A stretch of 20,000 bases of DNA from an uncultured virus (IMG/VR IMGVR_UViG_3300037067_016575) (Duplodnaviria > Heunggongvirae > Uroviricota > Caudoviricetes). The stretch's first letter is position 1. Each line of letters begins with the position of its first letter. This document shows, one piece after another, positions 1-7,823 of the stretch. The notes beneath the pieces were generated by a model. That model ran no database searches, had not been told where the DNA came from, and saw only the letters and a program-made list of their open reading frames with translations. The stretch lies in the IMG/VR virus record IMGVR_UViG_3300037067_016575, one strand, 5' to 3'. Made by a program: the position numbers and the translations under genes.

Positions 1-151
1 CGATTGTGTCCCTTAATGCAAGAAGTTCCTCTCTTGAGTTTAAAGTGATCTCTGATACTGGAATACAATCAAAATCTAACCTATGAACTGCTTTATTATG
101 TGGTTCAAAAAACATAAGGATATATTTTTCGTCTTTTGTACGAATTTGCAT
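1..151 (-). CDS. hypothetical protein, partial (runs off window start)
   Basis: ATG at 151 after GAGGTGA; frame open to base 1 (MQIRTKDEKYILMFFEPHNK...); not in ORF track. Confidence 0.7.
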   Translation of the reverse strand, partial: MQIRTKDEKYILMFFEPHNKAVHRLDFDCIPVSEITLNSREELLALRDTI

Positions 152-201
152 GTTTTCACCTCGTAAATTTTAGTTTCCCCTACTACACTAATTCCTTTAT
201 T

Positions 202-227
202 TTCCGGAATGTGAACCGGAAAAAAAG
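202..227 (-). repeat. intergenic hairpin element, copy 1
   Basis: + strand ttccggaatgtgaaccggaaaaaaag next to stop codon at 229. Confidence 0.95.
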
Positions 228-228
228 A

Positions 229-696
229 TTAAAGGTGTCCGTCGCTCATGAAGTTCATGCACAGGCATTTTGTGATGTGTGTAAGATACATCAGTTCATA
301 CTTTGCGCGTTTCCCACTGACGGCCTTTTTCATTTCATCGGAGATTTCCCGAAACTTTGTTTCATTCTCGGTCAACATCTCGGGATATCCGAATGTTATT
401 GTGTACTGCTTTAGAGCGTCAAGAACCGCCTTTGCGTCGCTATTGGCGTCAATTTCGTCCATTAGAGCGAATGTCTCAATACATGTGCTTGCGACCACAG
501 GAACGTCTTTTCTGACTTTGAGATAATCTTCCGTAAACAGTGCAAGGATCTTCTCTGCAAACTGTTTCCCGGTAATCTCATGTATTTCCTTTGCGCGTTC
601 GATTGATATACGATAGTTATACGCCTGTAAGACGTGTATCCCCTCGTTTATCATTTCGGGTTTCCATTCAAATAACGGTTTGGGTAATTTTGCCAT
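229..696 (-). CDS. hypothetical protein (155 aa)
   Basis: ORF with AAGGAG RBS, bounded by two repeat copies. Confidence 0.85.
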   Translation of the reverse strand: MAKLPKPLFEWKPEMINEGIHVLQAYNYRISIERAKEIHEITGKQFAEKILALFTEDYLKVRKDVPVVASTCIETFALMDEIDANSDAKAVLDALKQYTITFGYPEMLTENETKFREISDEMKKAVSGKRAKYELMYLTHITKCLCMNFMSDGHL

Positions 697-724
697 AATT
701 GTTCTCCTTTTGAATGCCTTAATT

Positions 725-750
725 TTCCGGAACGTGAACCGAAAAAAAGG
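725..750 (-). repeat. intergenic hairpin element, copy 2
   Basis: ttccggaacgtgaaccgaaaaaaagg abutting TAA at 751. Confidence 0.95.
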
Positions 751-1467
751 TTAAATGTTTAGTGTCGGGCCTGTTCCCGGTGGCGCAAGATCTGGCTCGT
801 TCCTCAGTAACCTGTCGAGTGTTGTTACTGACCCATCACCACGGACTGCGTAAATTTCTCTATCTTCTTCGCATTCTTTCGCTTTTTTCTTTGCTTCTTT
901 TTCCCGAATTTGTTTTTCTGTGAGATACAAGTTATTTACTTTTTGAGAAATTAACCCCCCCAACTTATTGTTGTCAAATTTATCATAGAGTATAGTGGTT
1001 ACCTGATTGCCTTTTTGGAATACAGTTAGGATATAAAAATTCTTTGATTCTGTTAACCCATATTCCTTATATCCCTCAAAGTTTACATCAAGGTATTCTT
1101 CTAAGGTAAACATTTTAACTTCTGTTGAGGGGGATGTGAGGGTTAAGCTAACATTACCTTCAATCATTTTATTATTTATCATCCGAGCACTATAGATATA
1201 TGTAAATCCTCTCCGATATTCTTTTATTGCACGATCTGGATCGATTTTCCATAATACTTGGAATCCGCCATTTGGATATCGAAATCCTCTGTTATCGGAG
1301 ATCAGATCAACCCGTAATTTTTGCATGTCTTTCTTTGAAAAAGCATAGTAGTGTTTTCCCGGAATTTCATCATATAGTTTTGGGGTTACACCTACTTGCC
1401 TAAAATATGCAAGAGCTTTTTCTTCTTCTTTTGTTTGATAACTTAAATCAAATTTTACACCGAGCAT
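751..1467 (-). CDS. hypothetical protein (238 aa), AT-rich gene
   Basis: start moved to ATG 1467 (MLGVKF) because GAGGTGA lies just upstream. Confidence 0.85.
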   Translation of the reverse strand: MLGVKFDLSYQTKEEEKALAYFRQVGVTPKLYDEIPGKHYYAFSKKDMQKLRVDLISDNRGFRYPNGGFQVLWKIDPDRAIKEYRRGFTYIYSARMINNKMIEGNVSLTLTSPSTEVKMFTLEEYLDVNFEGYKEYGLTESKNFYILTVFQKGNQVTTILYDKFDNNKLGGLISQKVNNLYLTEKQIREKEAKKKAKECEEDREIYAVRGDGSVTTLDRLLRNEPDLAPPGTGPTLNI

Positions 1468-1521
1468 AATTTCACCTCTTAAAATACATATGCACATTTC
1501 TTTACAATAGGATATCTTGTT

Positions 1522-1547
1522 TCCCGGAACGTGAACCGGAAAAAAGG
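1522..1547 (-). repeat. intergenic hairpin element, copy 3
   Basis: tcccggaacgtgaaccggaaaaaagg abutting TAA at 1548. Confidence 0.95.
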
Positions 1548-1994
1548 TTATAATAAATCAGAGGGATCAAATTCAAACCGCCCTTTATTCTTTAGTCCTT
1601 CTGATTTGTGTTCTTTCTTTGGTGCCGGATTCGGTTGTGTTGACTGCCCTGTGTTTGGGTTTGCCGGGGGTATTCCTGATGGAATGTGTACCCCAACTAA
1701 CCCCTCCATTCCCATAACTGAAAAAACCGTTGGTTGTTCTACCGGCGCACTCTCCCACCTCTTTTGAAATTCTCTTTGGATCGCTGTTTCCATGCCTGCA
1801 AGAAAATCATCTGATTTCATATTTTGGGTGACGTGTTCTTCTGCCATTTTTTTATTGAACGTACGCGTGGCTATGTAATAACCTTGTTTCGTTTTGTTTA
1901 CTGTTTCGTCGAGAGCTTTGACGACCCCATTATGTCCAATGTCGTATCCTCTTTGCCATTCGGCTTTATCCTTATAATTCTCATTGATTGCCAT
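1548..1994 (-). CDS. hypothetical protein (148 aa), Pro-rich low-complexity C-terminus
   Basis: ORF, GAGGTGA RBS. Confidence 0.85.
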   Translation of the reverse strand: MAINENYKDKAEWQRGYDIGHNGVVKALDETVNKTKQGYYIATRTFNKKMAEEHVTQNMKSDDFLAGMETAIQREFQKRWESAPVEQPTVFSVMGMEGLVGVHIPSGIPPANPNTGQSTQPNPAPKKEHKSEGLKNKGRFEFDPSDLL

Positions 1995-2012
1995 TTTTCA
2001 CCTCAAATTTTC

Positions 2013-2029
2013 GTATAACGTCGATATAC
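2013..2029. promoter_or_regulatory. GTATA-N7-TATAC palindrome
   Basis: gtata-acgtcga-tatac about 8 nt upstream of the RBS. Confidence 0.7.
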
Positions 2030-2042
2030 GATACTCCTGACA

Positions 2043-2068
2043 TTCCGGAACGTGAACCGGAAAAAAGG
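2043..2068 (-). repeat. intergenic hairpin element, copy 4
   Basis: ttccggaacgtgaaccggaaaaaagg abutting TAA at 2069. Confidence 0.95.
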
Positions 2069-2419
2069 TTAGTAATACTCGATCTCGCTTGTGGGTTGGG
2101 GTAATCTCGGCATTTTTTTGGGGATTACTCCCTTTTTGAATAATTTTTCGACTGCCGCCCATGCTACCCGTTCGTGTTCATGCCACGGATATTCGTCCGG
2201 AATTGTTTTTACATTTACAATAGTCTCTGCGATCATCGTGGCGTCTTCGATAAACGCCTTATCGACGTTCATATACGTATTGCCGTCGATAGATGTGATT
2301 TTCCGTGTTTTCGGATTAATATTGAGTCCTGCCAGATTACTACCGTAAAGTCCGTTTGATAGTTCGGCGTAATAATCTTGGAGAATTGTTTTCCAAATCC
2401 TCACCTTGAATTTTGCCAT
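2069..2419 (-). CDS. hypothetical protein (116 aa)
   Basis: ORF, GAGGTGA RBS. Confidence 0.85.
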   Translation of the reverse strand: MAKFKVRIWKTILQDYYAELSNGLYGSNLAGLNINPKTRKITSIDGNTYMNVDKAFIEDATMIAETIVNVKTIPDEYPWHEHERVAWAAVEKLFKKGVIPKKMPRLPQPTSEIEYY

Positions 2420-2455
2420 AATTTCACCTCTGCATATGTATTTATAGATAAGGCA

Positions 2456-2770
2456 GCAAGAAAACCCCTGTTTTAAAACAGGGGATGAATTGCGTTAACC
2501 CAAACAAATAAATCTGGACTCATCAACCTATGGATGACCATACAATGTTGAATTGTATGTGTGTTGTTCTCACAACAAGTTTGTGCGAACACAATGTAGC
2601 TGGCGACGCTCCTGTAAAGGAAATAGTCAGTAGTGGCCGTTTCAACCGACCTGTGAGAATAAGGCTGGCTTTCGAGCCGGCAAACTTCTCCAAAGTAATC
2701 CGAACGAGATGTGTTGTTCACCCGAACGACCTCACGCTCAATCCTCCCGTTTTAACGGGGGGTAGTTGAA
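2456..2770. mobile_element. non-autonomous IS200/IS605-family element (MITE/PATE-like), no transposase or nuclease gene
   Basis: subterminal palindromes gcaagaaaa-cccctgttttaaaacagggg-atgaattgc (2456-2493) and cctcccgttttaacgggggg-tagttgaa (2743-2770) resemble IS200/IS605 ends; exact boundaries uncertain. Confidence 0.7.
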
Positions 2771-2820
2771 TTGTCAGGATGCAATACCAGATGGTCGGAT
2801 TAAATAGTTCGGGCATTATT

Positions 2821-3192
2821 TCAATCCCCCATTATAAAATCTATTTCGGCAAACCTTTTTTGCGCCCCGATTTTACACGTTTCCTTCTTCGGGGGCGGAG
2901 TTGAATTAATCTCGGTTTCTGTTATTATCTCTATATGTTCAAACCGGTTCGGGGGTTTTGGTATGATAATCCCCTTTATCCACCCGGGATGTTTTTCCGC
3001 ATACTCCTGTTCTTTAACACTGCCAACAAACGCACAGTTAAAACAGGAGTCACAAACACCTCCCCGCCCTAGAGGTGTGTATATGTAATCCTTGCAGGTT
3101 GTTTTTCGGATTACTGTAAGACCGTATCCCATGTCTTTGTTTAAGATCATGCAATACCAGTGGGGATTGAATAATGAATCGCCGTATCCCAT
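2821..3192 (-). CDS. hypothetical Cys-containing protein (123 aa; CxxCxxC)
   Basis: ORF, GAGGT RBS; CDSCFNC motif; two RFxxI[ED] motifs near C-terminus. Confidence 0.8.
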   Translation of the reverse strand: MGYGDSLFNPHWYCMILNKDMGYGLTVIRKTTCKDYIYTPLGRGGVCDSCFNCAFVGSVKEQEYAEKHPGWIKGIIIPKPPNRFEHIEIITETEINSTPPPKKETCKIGAQKRFAEIDFIMGD

Positions 3193-3328
3193 AATCTAAA
3201 ACCTCTATATTGCGTTTCTAATCGTGCCAGAAGGAATGACCCTACAAACACGTGATCCTCACCCATTTACGCGCCTGTCTGCGTAATACGCCCTTCTGAA
3301 AAGGGGAGAGGGGTTTAGGGTGAGGGGT

Positions 3329-3356
3329 TCTTTTCTCTTAAATGGAAGAGAAAAGA
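3329..3356 (-). terminator. 11-bp stem hairpin within a pyrimidine-rich tract downstream of the AAA operon
   Basis: tcttttctctt / aagagaaaaga inverted repeat, about 40 nt after stop at 3395. Confidence 0.4.
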
Positions 3357-3394
3357 GGTATTCGGGGAGAAGAGGGGGAAACGTTCTCTTTTCA

Positions 3395-4195
3395 TCAGAA
3401 CATATCCGCAACATCGATCCGGTCTGCGATCTTGGAACTGGTTTTGACAGGTTTACCCTTTTCGGGTCTGCCGTCCGGATGGAGTTCTGGAACCTCTGAC
3501 TCATCAGCAGCTTTTGCGCCGCCATCTAAGTAATCGATTTCGTTCTCCATTACAACGTCAACCGTCGAGAACCGGTCTTTTTCTTCGTCCAGAATTTCCA
3601 TGATCTCTTTTTGGAGCGGAAGGATCTGGTCTGCCATGATCATATTCCGCATCTCTTCGATCCGGTGGTCGATCTGAACGTCTTCCGTTACATTGACCGT
3701 TTTAAGCCGATCCAGCATCTTAAGAAGTGCTCCCCGTGTGCGGGAAGTCATCTTATCCCCGTTTTTCTCAATGGTCTCGGAGATCTTCTTGAGTACCTTC
3801 TCGTGGATCTGGGTCTGGATCTGGGAGAGCATCTCTTCCATGAGGTTTTCAGTCTGCAAACCCGACATGGAGAGTGGGATGAAATGGATATCTGCCTTTA
3901 ACGTCGGGTCAATCGCTTGCATCGAGAGATGTGCGTCTTGTACGACCTTTTCAAGCTGACCTTTCCCGATATCGTTAGTGATCCTCATCGTGTAAAACTT
4001 GGCGCATGTTCCCACGGCCATGTTTACCTGTTGCCTTACCACCCCGATCTGATTGCGCTGCTCTTTCTGGAAATGATAATACAATTTTTTGGAGTTCTCA
4101 GACTCGTTGATCTCGGTCTTATCCGTGAAATTCGGACTTGACATCTTGAGTTCAACGACGTAGAGTTGTCCTTTTGCTGTTGTTACTGCTGCCAT
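3395..4195 (-). CDS. hypothetical helical protein with acidic tail (266 aa), last gene of AAA module
   Basis: ORF, GAGGTAA RBS, composition similar to the ATPase gene. Confidence 0.9.
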   Translation of the reverse strand: MAAVTTAKGQLYVVELKMSSPNFTDKTEINESENSKKLYYHFQKEQRNQIGVVRQQVNMAVGTCAKFYTMRITNDIGKGQLEKVVQDAHLSMQAIDPTLKADIHFIPLSMSGLQTENLMEEMLSQIQTQIHEKVLKKISETIEKNGDKMTSRTRGALLKMLDRLKTVNVTEDVQIDHRIEEMRNMIMADQILPLQKEIMEILDEEKDRFSTVDVVMENEIDYLDGGAKAADESEVPELHPDGRPEKGKPVKTSSKIADRIDVADMF

Positions 4196-4256
4196 AAGTT
4201 TACCTCACCGATACAAGATTGTTTGGCAAAGAAAAGAGTTTTGAATTTCGCCGACC

Positions 4257-4475
4257 TTACCGGTGGACGAAAACTTCTGATCCCTTCTCTTCGAGGTAGG
4301 GCGTGTGGGCTTCCGCCATGAGATCCTGTTCCTTGACATTGGACTTGATCCCGTTGGATTCGAGATGCTTTCGGAGCTGCGCAAGGACTTCCGTGCATTT
4401 TGCACTCTTGAATCCTTCTGCGTGAACTTCGAGTTCCCCGCCATTCGAGATCCGGTATGTAATATTTTCTGACAT
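4257..4475 (-). CDS. DUF2997-like protein (72 aa)
   Basis: ITYRISNGGELEVHAEGFKSAKC fits the DUF2997 pattern (I.F.I..dG.V...v.G..G..C); typical neighbour of DUF1257/Ycf46. Confidence 0.7.
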   Translation of the reverse strand: MSENITYRISNGGELEVHAEGFKSAKCTEVLAQLRKHLESNGIKSNVKEQDLMAEAHTPYLEEKGSEVFVHR

Positions 4476-4477
4476 AG

Positions 4478-4876
4478 TTAGAACCTCGTTGCGGTAATCA
4501 GGATCTTACCGTCCTTGTCCTTTGTTACCTGCTGCGTGAATCCCTGCTTCGTGTTGAAGTCCTTGATGACCGCCGCCTGATACTGATCCTGTACCATGTT
4601 GGTCACCTTGGCGAATTCCTTGTTGCACTGCCACGGGTCGCCCTGCATCTCGTAGCTCTTCTTGTCCTCGGACTTGATAAACCTGAGATTACCCTGTTTC
4701 TGGTAACCATCAATCGGGGGATAGTTGACCTTGATCATGGTCTTGTCGGGATTCATGGAGTAAGTGAACTTGACTTTCTCCGTTGAAAGCTCTTTCTGCA
4801 TTGCTTTGAGTGCGTCTTCCAGCATCTTTGCGCTGGTTAACTCGCACTTTGTTTTGAGTGTCGTTATATGTGACAT
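4478..4876 (-). CDS. DUF1257 (Ycf35-like) protein (132 aa)
   Basis: start moved to ATG 4876 giving MSHITTLKTK...L.DAL, the characteristic MSH N-terminus; the upstream ORF extension runs through the repeat. Confidence 0.75.
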   Translation of the reverse strand: MSHITTLKTKCELTSAKMLEDALKAMQKELSTEKVKFTYSMNPDKTMIKVNYPPIDGYQKQGNLRFIKSEDKKSYEMQGDPWQCNKEFAKVTNMVQDQYQAAVIKDFNTKQGFTQQVTKDKDGKILITATRF

Positions 4877-4904
4877 TCTTGTGATACCTCGTAAATATTG
4901 GGTG

Positions 4905-4928
4905 TTCGGACTTCGATACTGGATACCA
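4905..4928. promoter_or_regulatory. AAA-module-specific upstream motif, copy a
   Basis: ttcggacttcgatactggatacca, 21/24 identical to 7043-7066. Confidence 0.6.
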
Positions 4929-4930
4929 AC

Positions 4931-4950
4931 TTCCGGAACGAACCGGGAAA
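4931..4950 (-). repeat. intergenic hairpin element, copy 5 (6-nt loop)
   Basis: ttccggaacgaaccgggaaa, 12 nt from stop at 4963. Confidence 0.85.
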
Positions 4951-4962
4951 GTGGTTTGGATG

Positions 4963-5190
4963 TCACCCGCAATAATGCACAGAAACCTTACTAGGATTGA
5001 TTCCGTTGGCTTTTAAATGTGCGATCAGTGCTTGGTCGTTCCCGGAACAAATAACCTCGCCATTCGAGATTATTACGTCCGTACGGGGTGACGGGTCAAC
5101 CGGAACCACACTCAAATCCTCATGCCCTAGTGCCGTAAGGTTTGCTCCCGGCATAAAGGCAAGGGAAAAAAGAGGGTTGTGGTTAACCAT
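4963..5190 (-). CDS. hypothetical protein (75 aa) within AAA module
   Basis: ATG 5190 after GGAGG, avoiding overlap with the ATPase; ends HYCG. Confidence 0.7.
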   Translation of the reverse strand: MVNHNPLFSLAFMPGANLTALGHEDLSVVPVDPSPRTDVIISNGEVICSGNDQALIAHLKANGINPSKVSVHYCG

Positions 5191-5206
5191 ATCCTCCCGG
5201 TGCCGC

Positions 5207-7009
5207 TCAGTCAATATCGCCGAGATCGGCTTTGCTGATTTCATCTTTAACGTCATTTTCCGTTACCACGTCGATTGTGCTGGCCCGGGTTCCGATCTTC
5301 TCTTTTGATGATACGATCTTCTTTCGGGCTTCTTCATCGTCCGACGCATTGATCGCGTTCTCTTCCGCCCAACGGATCATTGCATCCAGAATGTCCTTCT
5401 TCTGAGTGGTGATCGGTGTTACATCCTTCATCGCCTTGACAATGTGATCCGTCGTCAGGGGTTTTGCCCCTTCGTCGAATGCGTTACCAAGTGCGTCCTG
5501 AATGGTGTTACGGATTTCACGACCTACAAACCCTTCGCTGGCATCGGCCAGCTTTTCAAGGTCGAAATCTTCTGGGTTACGCTTGACGGCCTTGATGTGG
5601 ATACGGAAGATCTCGATCCGTTCCTTCCGAGTCGGAGCGTTCACGAAAAACATCTTTGGGAACCGGCTCATCAGTTCTGCCTTGAGGCTCGCGTGATCGT
5701 TGCACGTTGCTACGACAAAAACGCCTTTCGACTCTTCCATCTCCGTCAGGAACGACCCGAACAACCGGGCGGATTCCTCGTGCATTTCACCGTTCTGGCC
5801 GGCACCAAGTGCCTTTTCGATCTCATCAATCCAGAGGATACAGGGAGCCAGTGCCTTGGCGAGTTTCCACGTGTTCCTCATGTTGTTAGACGACTCGCCG
5901 TAATATTTACTGACGAGCTGGGACATGTCCAACCGTAGGAGCGGAAGCCGGAGTTCGTTGCCGCACGCCTTCGCGACCAGTGATTTACCAGAGCCGGGAA
6001 CACCGACCATGATAATACCACGGGGCGGGTCAATACCGTATTCCCGAGCCTCCTTTCCGAAGTGCTTTGAGGCAGATCGGATGTACGCTTTCAGGGTGTT
6101 AAGTCCCCCAATAGACTCCGACGTTTCCTCCGGTTCCCAGTACTCAAGCTGACCGGACTTCTTGATGATCTGCTTTTTCTCGCTGATGATCGTCTTGATG
6201 TTCAGATCGCCGTTGATCAGACACTTGGCGAACACGTTCTCGCATTCTTCGAGCGTGAGACCCAGCGCCGCCGCTACTATCGCGTCCTTGTTGGCGTTTA
6301 CCTGATCATTGAGAGTCTTCTTCTTCGCCAGTAGTTTGGTCAGCATCGCTTTCTGCGATTTTGCATTCTCGGGATCACTTGTTTCTTTGATGTTATCCTT
6401 CATCGTCTGTTCCTGATCGGACAGCCCTTTGATCGCAGCGCATAAGATCGCCTCGATCTCGGACTTGTCCGGCAGTGGCACGTCGATGATGCTGATCACT
6501 TTCTGCAAATCGACTGGAATAGATACGACCGGTGAGACAAGGATGATGATTTTCCTCTGTCCTTTCAGAACCGGGACGATATCACGGAGTTTACGCTGTA
6601 CCAACGGAACATCCTTCATGAATCCGTGGGTATCCAGCATAATGAAAATGTTTCCAGCGGTTCGTACTTGTTTGTCGTCTGCTCCCTTGTACTGTTCTGT
6701 GAGCTTCTTGGAACGGACTGCCTCCATTGCGTCGAACAACGTAAGTATCGTAGGGGTGTCGTCGTTTTCCGTTGAGTTTTGATCGGTATTTGTCTGAACC
6801 CATGTCGTGTTTGTTACATCGATCATCCGATGATCGACATTCCTGAAACCTGATGCACCGGAATAGATATACACGGTGCGGTGTTCATCTTTGGCGATAT
6901 CCGCAATGATTTCTATGACACGAGATTCCTCATGGGTTTCAATGGCAATAACCGGGTATCGAGCCCGGATGTGGGTTGATAATTCCTTTTTTAGTTCTGC
7001 AATTCCCAT
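5207..7009 (-). CDS. Ycf46-like AAA+ ATPase (600 aa; degenerate N-terminal domain plus C-terminal AAA domain with intact Walker motifs)
   Basis: N-term IRARYPVIAIETHEESRV; IGGLNTLK; Walker A GVPGSGKS; LPLLRLD; Walker B ILWIDEIEK; sensor-1 ATCN. Confidence 0.9.
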   Translation of the reverse strand: MGIAELKKELSTHIRARYPVIAIETHEESRVIEIIADIAKDEHRTVYIYSGASGFRNVDHRMIDVTNTTWVQTNTDQNSTENDDTPTILTLFDAMEAVRSKKLTEQYKGADDKQVRTAGNIFIMLDTHGFMKDVPLVQRKLRDIVPVLKGQRKIIILVSPVVSIPVDLQKVISIIDVPLPDKSEIEAILCAAIKGLSDQEQTMKDNIKETSDPENAKSQKAMLTKLLAKKKTLNDQVNANKDAIVAAALGLTLEECENVFAKCLINGDLNIKTIISEKKQIIKKSGQLEYWEPEETSESIGGLNTLKAYIRSASKHFGKEAREYGIDPPRGIIMVGVPGSGKSLVAKACGNELRLPLLRLDMSQLVSKYYGESSNNMRNTWKLAKALAPCILWIDEIEKALGAGQNGEMHEESARLFGSFLTEMEESKGVFVVATCNDHASLKAELMSRFPKMFFVNAPTRKERIEIFRIHIKAVKRNPEDFDLEKLADASEGFVGREIRNTIQDALGNAFDEGAKPLTTDHIVKAMKDVTPITTQKKDILDAMIRWAEENAINASDDEEARKKIVSSKEKIGTRASTIDVVTENDVKDEISKADLGDID

Positions 7010-7042
7010 ATTTGGTTAACCTCCCTCCATAGTATAGGGATA

Positions 7043-7066
7043 TTCGGACTTCTATACTGAATGCCA
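7043..7066. promoter_or_regulatory. AAA-module-specific upstream motif, copy b
   Basis: ttcggacttctatactgaatgcca; overlaps inverted repeat agtatag/ctatact (7031-7058). Confidence 0.6.
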
Positions 7067-7070
7067 CATT

Positions 7071-7097
7071 TCCCGGAACACGAACCGGAAAAAAGGG
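7071..7097 (-). repeat. intergenic hairpin element, copy 6
   Basis: tcccggaacacgaaccggaaaaaaggg followed by tta. Confidence 0.95.
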
Positions 7098-7110
7098 TTA
7101 TGCAAACATC

Positions 7111-7404
7111 TCATTTTTTTAACTTATTGTAATACTTTGTCCAAAATGCAAGTGCTTCATTCGGATCGTTCCATCGGTGTTGTTTTATCCATGCGTATGA
7201 CATGCCTGCTGGGTGAGGGGGTATATCCCAAACACCTTTTTTAGATAACTCCCAATAACCCTGATATACCCCGTCTATTAGGTGTGGCACCCCCTTCCGG
7301 ATTGCCCATCTATTTTTTCCGGATATACTTGCGGTTATTAAAGTTATTTGTTGAGATTCCGGTAGGTTTTCAGATAAAAGAGGAATGATTTTCCACAGCG
7401 TCAT
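7111..7404 (-). CDS. hypothetical Trp-rich phage-type protein (97 aa)
   Basis: start moved to ATG 7404 (GGTGA RBS), removing overlap with upstream gene. Confidence 0.75.
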   Translation of the reverse strand: MTLWKIIPLLSENLPESQQITLITASISGKNRWAIRKGVPHLIDGVYQGYWELSKKGVWDIPPHPAGMSYAWIKQHRWNDPNEALAFWTKYYNKLKK

Positions 7405-7408
7405 GTGT

Positions 7409-7819
7409 TCACCCGTAAATAAGTTTTGAAAACAGCGCGTATTGGAGGATTTTGTCTGCAATCCCGGCATCGATGTTTCCTGCATCAAGAGTGTTCTTTC
7501 CGTTTACATTGATTAAAGATACCTCGTTAGGCTGTGATTTCATCCAATCTTTTAATCCTTGTATGAGTCCTCGTTTGGAGAGAGTCAACCGAATGTTTTC
7601 ATCGTCCGGATAGAATAAAATCGTTCCACCGTTGTTTATTGCTGACGAGGCCCATTCTGATAGTGACATTCCTGTTGGTTTTTTGTCATTAGGGTGTTTG
7701 ATAATTATATGACCTATCCAATAGTTTGATCCACCCTCCAACATTGTACAGATAATGTTGTCGAAAAACTCATCGTCGAGTTCGACTTCAACTTCCATGA
7801 AAACTGATTCTTTGACCAT
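7409..7819 (-). CDS. conserved hypothetical phage-type protein (136 aa)
   Basis: LEGGSNYW and C-terminal IDAGIADKILQYALFSKLIYG recall an uncharacterised family seen in phages. Confidence 0.85.
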   Translation of the reverse strand: MVKESVFMEVEVELDDEFFDNIICTMLEGGSNYWIGHIIIKHPNDKKPTGMSLSEWASSAINNGGTILFYPDDENIRLTLSKRGLIQGLKDWMKSQPNEVSLINVNGKNTLDAGNIDAGIADKILQYALFSKLIYG

Positions 7820-7823
7820 AATT

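Noticed and set aside
725..750. tRNA genes suggested by CCGGTTC...CCGG
   Set aside because: Only a T-arm-like hairpin; no acceptor, D or anticodon arms.
2473..2769. ORFs inside the IS-like element as transposase or nuclease remnants
   Set aside because: No HUH/Y1, RuvC or HNH motifs are recognisable.
2779..3160. 12-bp match atgcaataccag between the IS flank (2779) and 3149 as a guide-target pair
   Set aside because: A 12-mer match is expected by chance in a 20-kb window and it does not start at the element end.
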